Source: Elsinoe ampelina
Taxonomy: Eukaryota
Reading direction: 5' to 3'
NCBI GenBank assembly: GCA_010093995.1
Contig: ML992514.1
Location: forward strand, 398,084-462,083
Length of the DNA stretch: 64,000 nucleotides
Each line of letters starts with the position of its first letter. Position 1 is the first letter of the stretch. A model generated the notes under the pieces. That model was not told the DNA's origin, did no database searches, and was given only the letters and a program-made list of their open reading frames with translations. A program made the translations under genes and the position numbers. This document shows positions 34,280-44,059 of this stretch, in pieces.

Positions 34280-35444
34280 TCAACCCTTCAACATCGGCTC
34301 CCTCTCCTCCCTCCTCCCCTGCATCTCCGCCCCCTCACCCCACCCGCTTCCACCGCCACTCATCCCCGCACCACTCCCCCCTCCTCCCGCCCCTCCTCCC
34401 GTCCCTCCTCCCCACCCACTCCCACCCCCACTCATCCCCCCGCCGCTCACCACGCTCGCCCCACCCGAGAAATGGGGACTCTCCACCACCTCCCCGGACC
34501 CCATCTTAGCAGGGACATACGGCGGCACCGCGTCCAACGGGAGCTTGTCCAGCCTTTCTCTCCTCTTTCTCTTTTTGATGACGCACCATCCTGCGCCTAT
34601 GGCGGCGGCCAGGAAGAGGAAGCCGGCGATGGAGATGCCCGCTATGGTGCCTGTGCTGAGGCCGGAGGATTCTGTTTCTGCGGCAGGGGAGGAGGAGGGG
34701 GAGGTGGAGGTGCTTGGTGATGTGCCTGATCCTGCTCTTGTGGTTGGGATAGCGGGGTTAGCGGTGGCGGTGGCGCCGGGGACGAGGAGGGTTTGGCCTG
34801 AGGTTGTGGGGCGAAGGGGCAGGGCGAGGGGTGTGGAGGTTGGGGAGGGGGCGCAGAGGAATGCGGTGGCTTGGTCGGGTGAGAGGAGGGTGAGGCAGTT
34901 GGGTGATAGGGACGGACTGGAGGCCGTTAGCCGAGTGCTGGAATAGGTGTGGTCAAGGGGAAAGCGGTCGCTGGGTGGAGTGCTACTTCGAGGCAGCCTT
35001 ACCATGCTTGTGTCCTGAAACCGTCGTCCCCGTCAAAGATACATGGCGATTGACCCGTCTCCGTACATAGATCAGAAGAGTATGGCGCACACACCGCTGC
35101 TCTGTAGGCGCACTGGACCCCGAGGCAGCAGGCGAGTAGATTCGCTACAGAGGTGGGAGAGAATCGAACGGTGGCAGTACTGCATACATTGCCGAGTGGG
35201 CAGGTAATCGGGGCATCTTGAAGATATCAGCTCGGTCATGATGGTGTCTTCCGTCATGATGGTGTCTTCCAGGAGGGACACGGAGGAAAGACGAGGGGGA
35301 AAGTGAGGGGGACATACTGGCGTTGCCTTCGATATATCCACAAGTCGTTGCAAGACCGTCGACTTGTCGAGCTGCCAGAGCATTGGCGCTGGGCGTAAGG
35401 ACGAACAGAATGAGGGCAACGGGTAGAGGGAGGAGTGCCTGCAT
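34280..35444 (-). CDS. Type I membrane protein: signal peptide, Cys-rich ectodomain, S/T-rich stalk, TM helix, Gly-rich tail
   Basis: Signal peptide MQALLPLPVALILFVLTPSANA, then TCGYIEGNA|NAPITCPLGNVC..ACC..C..C..C..C across introns. LSTGTIAGISIAGFLFLAAAIGAGWCVIKKRKRR forms the TM and stop-transfer sequence. Confidence 0.75.
35235..35270. repeat. Perfect 18-bp tandem duplication (GTCATGATGGTGTCTTCC x2) in an intron
   Basis: Read directly from the sequence. It lies in the first intron of the membrane-protein gene. Confidence 0.85.
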
Positions 35445-36057
35445 CTTGGTACTGCCTGAACTGCAATTGCAGATGCAAATAGGCCTGATGTAGAAAACAT
35501 TGCCGATGTAAAGACACGCAGAAGAGATATTGACATCCTACCGTGCCACATTGCCCTTACCGTGCCGCAAAATGCAGCCAATCTGCAGGTCTCGCAGAGC
35601 CCGAATCAAAGCAAGGTCCAGACAGATCAGAAGCCAATGACGTTGAAGCACAGATATTGTCGATGCAGGGATCAAGATGTGCGCGGCGTGAATGAAGCCG
35701 ACGATCATGCACGAGGCGTTGTGGTGATTGGATGAGAAAGAGTGTCCGGGTTGCAAGCGCAGCGCTTGGGGAGTCACGCCGCGGCGCCAAGGATAGCGCC
35801 CACCGGTTGAGTTTCCGGATCGAGGTAATGGTTTGATAGGACTGATTTGGGTGAGAAAGTGGCTTCGATCAGGACGTTATTACCAGACTCGATGTTGTCA
35901 AGAAGTCGAATTTGACATTCGTAGACGAAAAGTATGCTGAATTGCTACCAATCACGTGACCATTTCCCCTATCAACTTTCTCACAGTCTTCGCAATGGCT
36001 AGAGCAAAAGAGAACATCTGTTTCGTCTACCTTGTTGACACTCTTCTCTATCGTATC

Positions 36058-36919
36058 TCAAAGCCACTGCTTATTCCCGTGATGACTGACAAACGCACCC
36101 CCAAGACTCTCCACTGTCGCCCCCCTCACCACCTCATCCACCATCCTCACACTCTCCTCGGGTGTGATCGGCCCCTTGAAATCAGGTGCATAGTCCGCGA
36201 ACTTGGCAGCCATAGCCTGCATACCCTCGATCTGCTCCTTACTCGGCACTTTACCCTCACTGGTATCCACGAAACCAGGCGACATGGCGAGGAACAAGAT
36301 CCCCTCACTCTTGCCCAGCGCCGCATGGTACTTTGCCACCAGCATGTTTGTGCCGATCTTCGAGACGGCGTAGGAGGTGCTGCTGGAAATGTCATATTGG
36401 GTGACAAGGTCGACGTCTGCCATTCCAGTGGAGATGGTGATGACTTTCTTCGTCGTGCCTTTGCGGATCAAGGGAAGGAAAGCGTTGGTTGTGATGGCTA
36501 TGCCGATGACGTTGGCTTGGAACGAGGCGGTAAAGTATTGCTGGATCTCGTCCGGGGTCAAGTCGACTAGGGGCAGGAAAGCAGATGCATCGTCGCCTGA
36601 TAGTCCGGCGTTGTTGATGAGGATGTCGAGACTACCGCCGGTGATCTTGGATGTCTCGTCTGCGGCGGCCTGGACGGCGGAGGCGTCAGTGATGTCTGCG
36701 CTGAGGACATGTACATTGGTGATGCCATCTTTCGCAAGACGGGCTTCTGTGGCGGACTTGTTGCGGACCAGCGCCAGTACTGTGTTGTCTGGCTGTGATG
36801 CGTAGAATTGAGTAAAGGCATACCCGAGGCCCCGGCTGGAGTTTGCGTCAGATTCGCAGAACAATGCTAGCTGCCAGATGGGAGACTCACGAGGCGCCTG
36901 TGACGAGGACAGAAGGCAT
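36058..36919 (-). CDS. Short-chain dehydrogenase/reductase (C-factor/CsgA-like)
   Basis: MPSVLVTGAS|RGLG (TGxxxGxG split by a GTGAGT intron), LDILINNAG, YAVSK (YxxxK) and SPGFVDT. Confidence 0.9.
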
Positions 36920-37728
36920 GGCACTTTCTAGTTAGCTGGTTCGATAATATCTGTGGTAATGCAGTGTCGAACAATCGGCGTCAATCTATCAGCACAGGGA
37001 CAATTGCGATTACCACTCTGGCAGGACCTGTTCCTGCTTTATACTTACTATACGCCATCCTTGCACGGCGCAAACAAGCTATTGGGCCGTCTTTGGCCAG
37101 CCTTACGTGAGAATGCATGTCATCGAAGGCTTGTCCTCCCCGCAGGTCTTCGGAAACATTGTGAAGGAGTGCAAAGTGGTCCGCCGGTGTCGAGCTGTGC
37201 CGACCGCCGGACAAATTGCGGCTCCGGTGGCGCTTTGTCAGCACCAAGTACGCATTGTATTGCTACCTTATGCGAGATGGAATGCGTTCCGTCCACCAGA
37301 ACGCCCCAGTCGAATTACGTCCGTACGGTGGGTGCTCGCGACTCCAAAACCTTTCAGCTGCGCCCGAGAGCCCACTTAGGAAGCTTCGATACCTCACTAT
37401 CTACTTTGCCGCTAGTCATGCTCATATGGACAACTAAGATGATATATAAAATACATTCTGAGGTACGCTGCACCACACTGGTGTGTATCAGCTCGACAGT
37501 AGCCATACGTTCACCGACATCCACATCCGAGACTGATCTCTGTGTGTCGAGTTGAGGCTGCTGATCTGATAGTCTGACAGGGGAGCCACCTCCAACGGAC
37601 GGCATGCGTGCCCGACAAGTTTGCTCAAAGGTCTTGGTATTGAGCGGAGTGCCCTAGTGTGCACCTCAAACAGCCTTCGTGGTCTAGAGATTCCTCGAGT
37701 CCAGTAAAGCTTTGCGTTCGTCGTATGA

Positions 37729-39353
37729 TTACACCGGTGGCCAGTCGACATAGTGCTCAAAGGCGCCGATGTCCTGACTGAGAGGGTTCAAGACACGATT
37801 TGATATTCTGTACAGTCGATGAGCACGCTTGTGTAGAGCAGACCGACAGCCATCGCACCACTCATTCTCCATTAGCGCATCTCGAGTCAAGAAATAGCGT
37901 GACAAGAAACAGAGAATTTCAAACTCCGTGTCTCGAAACCCAGCTGTTTCGTAGCTACTAAGGAATCGAAAGGAACGGCAGAGCTCTATAGACATGGTCC
38001 ACACGTCTTGCTCAATATCCCTGGTAGTCAGGTTTCGTACCTCATCGTCAGAGGTATAGGATCTGTACTTCATGCGCAAGATGCTCAGGTCGCAGAGGCA
38101 GCAAGCAAGCATGGCAAGTACATATAACATGCCACTCTGCATGTCGCTAAAACAGTATTGTAGCGTGACTTTAGGATTGATGATGCTAATGTAGACCTGT
38201 TCCTCAATGCTGGCGTCGAAGTCTTTCGCATCAGACGTGGCTACAGAAGGTGTGCTGATCAACTGTGAACTGAGCCAGTCATTAATACTTGCACGTGTTG
38301 TCAAGAGCTCTTCCAGGATACTGCGACCGTCTCGCTTCCGCTTATGGTCATTCAAGATGTGATCAAGTCGTGCTATGAGTTCTGGAAGGGGAATTACGAG
38401 CTCATGCCACTCATTGAGAGGGGAAGATGGCAGAACGCGATCCATTCCACAACTCCGCCATTTCTTCAAGCCCGCGTGTAAGGCTTTGCGTTGAGCCATA
38501 TTCAAGAACCAGGCCAACTGCCAGAAGCCACGTAAGGTCTCCGTCTGTGCAGAGTCGGAGAGATTGAGGCTGGAAGGATGGCAGGCTTCCATGACTCTTT
38601 GTGCTCCATCGTAATGCGGTGCCCAACGGGCAAGACTTTGTCTCGTACTGTGCGATGACGGTAGGATAGCTTCGTCGTAATGTCCAATCAGCATAATCGC
38701 CGAGATCAGCTCGACGCTGTATCGCAGGCTCCTGCCTGATGCAATCTGCTCAACGGCATGTCGCAGGTGATACAATGTTTTCTGATAGGATACACGGGCC
38801 TGATAGGCAATATTTTGGTCTCCGTGTAGCTGCGATATATGTGCAAGACTCAAGGTCCTGATTGTCGAACTCAGCACAAGCGACAGCGAATCCATTGCTA
38901 CGAGACGTTCCAGAAAGGCGTTCCTGCCGAGCACATGACCTCTTCCATAGGCGTAGGCGAACGTGGAAAAGACTTCCGTGTCTATCACTTTTCCCGTTCG
39001 TGGCGCGTCAGAGACGGACCAGGTGTGAGCAGAGCTTGCCACGGCGGGATTTATAGTCGCGTTGGTCGATCTTGTAGCGGCGTGGGCGGGCTTCGTGTTG
39101 GCTGTCTGCTCCTTGGAGGTGTACTCGCAGGGTAGCGACATGCGAATGCAATTTAGACATGACGGCAAAGTCTCTTGGCACTAGGCAAGTGTCATGTCAG
39201 TATGCACATTGGCCTCTCGCAATCCGGGGGGCTCACCTTGATCTTCCTGTGCTTGCAATTGAGGCAGCCGTTCCTTGACTTTGCGTGCTGGCGTAAACGT
39301 GCTTTACCTAGCACAAACCTGTATTCCGAGCCTTCAGAAGGTGCGTCCGTCAT
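37729..39353 (-). CDS. Zn2Cys6 transcription factor
   Basis: HAKSRNGCLNCKHRKIK|CQETLPSCLNCIRMSLPC across intron 39236-39181, followed by a fungal TF-type helical middle region. Confidence 0.9.
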
Positions 39354-39680
39354 GCTGGGCACGCGCTGCTAGGCAGTGTTGAAGCTAAATACTATTCGCG
39401 GGATCAGAAAGAACCGAGACACCAACTCGCGTTGCAGTGGTGACATCCTTGACATTCAGAACACATGCGCGATCTCGCCCTTGCACCCAACCCCCACTTG
39501 AGAGATGTTAGTCTGATGTTCATAAATACTCTTATCTGTCCAATCACGCATCTACATTGCCGAATTTGCCGTGACCATCAATGCAGGCTTGCTCCACTCG
39601 TCATAAGAAGGTGAGAGAGCTTGGGAAGTTGGGAGAGGTGCCAGCCATGGATTTACTCAATGACAGCGCTATGCCGAAAA

Positions 39681-39692
39681 CGGAAACCGAGA
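39681..39692. promoter_or_regulatory. Candidate Zn2Cys6 binding site CGGAAACCGAGA (CGG-N3-CCG) upstream of the TF gene
   Basis: An identical 12-mer recurs at 40987-40998. Inverted CGG triplets are typical of zinc-cluster sites. Confidence 0.4.
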
Positions 39693-40002
39693 CGCCACAA
39701 TGTTTTAGCGTGATCATCTACCGAAGAGTTTGGGAGGACCCACTTCCGGAAACATAAAATGACTTCCCACCATGTCTTCAAAGCTCCCCAGAGCTCGCAG
39801 CCGAGCTAAAGCTGTGGCTCGCGCGAGCTCAAGTCACAGCTCACCGATCTGCTGAATCGTGCAAGGCGTCATTGTTCGTACTGATCTGATCACATCGACA
39901 AAGGCCGGGCTAGAGTGCAGCAATCCATGGATACAATCAAACGTAGCTAATCATGGTTGGTTGCATCAAGGCACCTCTATCTTGAGCTACGGGTGCATCC
40001 GA

Positions 40003-40749
40003 TTACCAGCTGAACGCGGTTTCATCAAAAGAAAGGAACTTGCCTCCGCTGGATTCCCTGGTGGCTTGATCGATTTTCTGGAGAATCCCCGCGACACTGT
40101 CCTGAAGCGTTGTTGGCGCTGCTTCCATCCCACTTGCCACAGCTCCCGCATTGCCCATGTCTGTTTGGACCCAGCCAGGACTGATGACGAACGATATCAG
40201 ATGCTCATTCTCGAAGTGGATCTTCCGCACAAGAAAGTTAAGCATTGCCTTGCTCGAACCATAGGCTCCAGCTGGCATTGGGAGATTACCCATTCCGCCA
40301 ATGCTACTCAGACCCGTGCTCACGGCAACGAACTTTGGATTGCTGCTGTGTTGGAGCAACGGCCAGAAAGCTTGGAATAGAGTGAGTGGCCCGAGGGTGT
40401 TGACAGTGAAGTGATCCTTGACTTCCTGTATGGGTGTATACGCCACCGGACCGTAGTGTTTGGCGATGCCTGCATTGGCGATGACCGTATCGACCTTTCC
40501 TATGCCGAACTTTTGCTGGATCTCTTCGGCTGATTTCGCGGCGTCATTCTCAGAGGAGGAATCGATCTTGATCAGGATCAAACGACTGTTCGAGCCTTTT
40601 GCTAGGTCGTTCAATTGTTGGCTGCTTCCGTCTGTGACGTTGCGCACTGCGGCAATGACGGTCGTATTATTCCTGAGCAAGAGCTCAGAGACCAGACCCT
40701 TGCCAATTCCTCGGCTAGCGCCAGTCACAAGAATAGTTGAACTCGACAT
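40003..40749 (-). CDS. Short-chain dehydrogenase/reductase (Nor-1/AflD-like ketoreductase family)
   Basis: MSSSTILVTGASRGIGKGLV, VIANAGI, YGSSKA and SPGWVQTDMGN. Single exon. Confidence 0.9.
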   Translation of the reverse strand: MSSSTILVTGASRGIGKGLVSELLLRNNTTVIAAVRNVTDGSSQQLNDLAKGSNSRLILIKIDSSSENDAAKSAEEIQQKFGIGKVDTVIANAGIAKHYGPVAYTPIQEVKDHFTVNTLGPLTLFQAFWPLLQHSSNPKFVAVSTGLSSIGGMGNLPMPAGAYGSSKAMLNFLVRKIHFENEHLISFVISPGWVQTDMGNAGAVASGMEAAPTTLQDSVAGILQKIDQATRESSGGKFLSFDETAFSW

Positions 40750-40986
40750 GGTGGATGGATGTTGTGCTTGAGTAGTAGAGTATATGGGGTTGAGTTGAAA
40801 AATTCTAGGATGTGGTGTGGAAAAGGCAGGGGTTATAGGCACATTTATGCAGTCAGTGGGTGAGCTGGAAGCCAAGCAGGTCTTTATCAGCACACCCGAA
40901 GAATGAGTACCGCCTGCATACGATGCTAAAATTATTGTCACAGAAAGTTGCTTTGTACGTTCATTGGTAAGCCTACTGTCTCTTTT

Positions 40987-40998
40987 CGGAAACCGAGA
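40987..40998. promoter_or_regulatory. Candidate Zn2Cys6 binding site CGGAAACCGAGA in the divergent SDR/epoxide hydrolase promoter
   Basis: Identical to 39681-39692. Confidence 0.4.
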
Positions 40999-41328
40999 AA
41001 GGATGACAAAGCTCGACTTCTGTTGTGGGGATTAGGAGCGGACCACAAGTGCTGGAGCGCCACAGTCGCAACACCACATCTCGAGCAGTGCGCCTGATAT
41101 TTGCTTCACGGGCCTGCGACACTATGGCCGGCCGTATTTGCTTTGTAAGTCTGACGCTCAGCAGACGACGATAGCGATCGGCGGCTAGCCGACTCTTTGC
41201 TAGTCGTATGATCACTTCATGCTAGTCGCGGCGTTGACCTATAAGACCGTGGAGTGTGTAGGTCTTTTTCCTACGAGGTCTGTACCATAAACAAAGAGTT
41301 CTGTGATCCAATTATCACCAATTTCAAA

Positions 41329-42698
41329 ATGCGGTTCCAAGCAATAACTGCGGCTCTGCTCTTCATGGTAGTTGGTCCGCCAGTCGTTTCAGCAACACCG
41401 ATCACTGCGGCGTACAACCTGAAATCTTTCAAGGTCGATCTTCGGGCGGGTGTTCATCGTATGAAGGCTCTCAGTAAAGACACGCGTCTACCGGAGGAAC
41501 CTCAGTACCCTGGTCTTGGAGGTTCTGCAGGCATCGATCTGGATGTGCTGAAGAGCTTTAGAGATCAATTGACCTACAACTTTAATTGGGCGCGAGAAGA
41601 ACGGCAGATGAACAGGTGAGTATTTTACCACTGCTTCTCTCTACCAAAATCTGTCAACCTGCTCATGCGTATCCAGCTTCAAGCAATACACCGCAATCAT
41701 AGAAGGTCTCACCACACATTTCATCCACGAGAAGTCTCCAGACCCGAATGCCATCCCTTTACTCCTCGGCCATGGCTGGCCCGGATCCTTCCTGGAGTTT
41801 CTCCCCATCGTCAAGAACCTCACCAGGCCCGCAAAGACCTCCTCCGGCAAGCCCATATCCTTCCACGTCATCATCCCCTCCCTCCCGGGCTTCGCCTTTT
41901 CCCAATCGCCTCCCTCCAACTGGTCCACCGACGACACCGGCCGCCTCTGGAACACCCTCATGACCCAGGTCCTTCAGTACCCCCGTTACGCCGTCCACGG
42001 CACCGACTTCGGCTCCGCCCCGACCTACAGCATGTACGACGCCTTCCCCACCTCCGTCGGCGCAGCCCACTTCGTCTTCCTCCCCTTCAACCCGCTGACC
42101 CCGACCGACCTCGCCGCGCAAAACCTCAGCATCGCCCCGCTCGAGCCCGCCGACCTCGCCAACTCGATCGAATGGGCCGTCAACGGCAGCGCCTACTACG
42201 CCCTCCAAGGCACGAAACCCAACACCCTCGGCCTGGCCCTCCACGACAACCCGGTGGGCCAACTCGCCTGGCTCGCGGAGAAATTCCTCACCTGGAGCGA
42301 TCCCCGCCAGGGCACCGGCGCCTCGGTCCTCACGCCCAACGAGATCCTCCGCTCCGCGGCGCTGTATTTCCTTTCCAGGACCTTCCTCTCATCGACTTTC
42401 ATTTATTTCCAGAACCGCGGCTTCAGGACCAACTACACCAGAGCGCGCACCCAGGCGCCGCTGTTGTTCTCGGCCTTTAGATACAACGTTGGGTTTTGGC
42501 CCGCGGATGTCGTGGCCAAATTGGGGAATCTGGTGAGCTACGAGAGTGAGTATCGACCTGTCTGGAAGAAAGATGTGAGGATGGGGGACATGCTGACGTG
42601 GACCAGAGCATGATTTTGGCGGTCATTTCCCTGGTCTGGATAACCCGGAGGCGTTGACGGGGGATTTGAGGGATATTAGGGAGTATTGGAGTGGGTGA
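41329..42698 (+). CDS. Epoxide hydrolase (microsomal/EHN type alpha/beta hydrolase) with an N-terminal signal peptide
   Basis: Introns 41616-41676 and 42546-42606. Motifs: FNWAREERQMN, PLLLGHGWPGSFLEF, IIPSLPGFAFS, nucleophile HGTDFGS, DNPVGQLAWLAEKF and catalytic His GGHFPGLDNP. Confidence 0.92.
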
Positions 42699-44059
42699 GG
42701 TATGAGACCACGGGGACGAAGATCGGGGTAGGGACGCGAAGGGGGTGGAGGGGGCATGACGGGGAGAGTGCGATGGGAGATGGTGTGGTAACGGGGAGAG
42801 GTGAGGGCGACTTGAAACATTGGATTGTTCATTTTGTGCCGTCCATCACGTGTGCTCACCGTGTCATCCGTTCAAGCCAAATTGATGTTCTGCGACAGAA
42901 ACAGATCCCCGGCCGACGTGCGTGTCCTGCTCATGTCTTCTGTGCATCATAGTGTCCCGTTCCAGCCTCTTAGATCTACCGTCGTCCGATGCCGTCGACG
43001 CCGCTACAGGCTTGCTGCATTGGCTGCATCGGTCCGCGATCTGTGAAGCATGAGGCCCCCGGTGACATCTCTGCGATGAATGTAGGGAGTATCGCATCAC
43101 GGTCTTGTCGGCTCGTCCGATACTTTCCATCTTCGGAGCAGCTTGACATCATGGTACAGTTGGTCCTCTCACCATTACTGGTGCAGAGAGGTCAAGAACA
43201 TTCGTCGTCGCACTACAGCTTATCACGGCAGATTGTATAGAGACACGGAACTCTCACTGCGCCTCAACGAAATGTATTCTTTCCAATCTCTTGAATCAAC
43301 GGCTGTCATACATCCCCTACTGACTTTTGTACAAGCTCCACCATTGGTGGTCCCCTTCTGCCTCTCTTGTCGTCGTAGCCTTCTCCCTCCTCAATCGTTC
43401 TACCATCACTTCCCGCCAAGTCCTTTCCCATTGACTGCCATCCCCTGCCTCTTCTGCCCTACTGTCTCTCCAGTAATGCTCATCGACCTCGACCTCGACC
43501 TCGACCTCGCCCACGTCCACGACCCCGTCCGACCCGTAACTTTGACGAGCGTCTCGGTCGAGGCATCGGCGTTCGGAGTATCAAGCGTCGACACAGACGA
43601 CGTAATCCGAGCGTCAGAGTTCTCAATCGTGCTGACGCCGGAGATAGAGCGGGCATCATGGCCAGGGACGTCGTGGTATTCGATCGTGGTCACTGGTGGC
43701 GACGATCTGAACACCGGGCTCTTAACTGTGGGTATCGGAGGCGATGAAAAGGCATCAGAATTGAGGATGGTGGTGACGCCGGAGGTGGGATCCGCGGAGG
43801 TGCTCTCGATCTTGATGACTGGAAGAGATAATCCGAAGGCAGAATGCTCGATGGTAGCCGCGGGAGGAGACGAGCTGGTTTCAGATCCGAGGATCGCCCT
43901 TTGGCTGGTGGCAAACTCAGGTAAATCGGGAAGGGCCACTGTAATGGCATCCTCTCCTGACGGCGCGTCGAGGAGAACGTTGTCTTCTTGGCCCGAAGTC
44001 GGCATGTATGCTCGTGCTCCATGGCTGGGTACATGCAGCTCGGGTAGCCGGCAAGGTTT

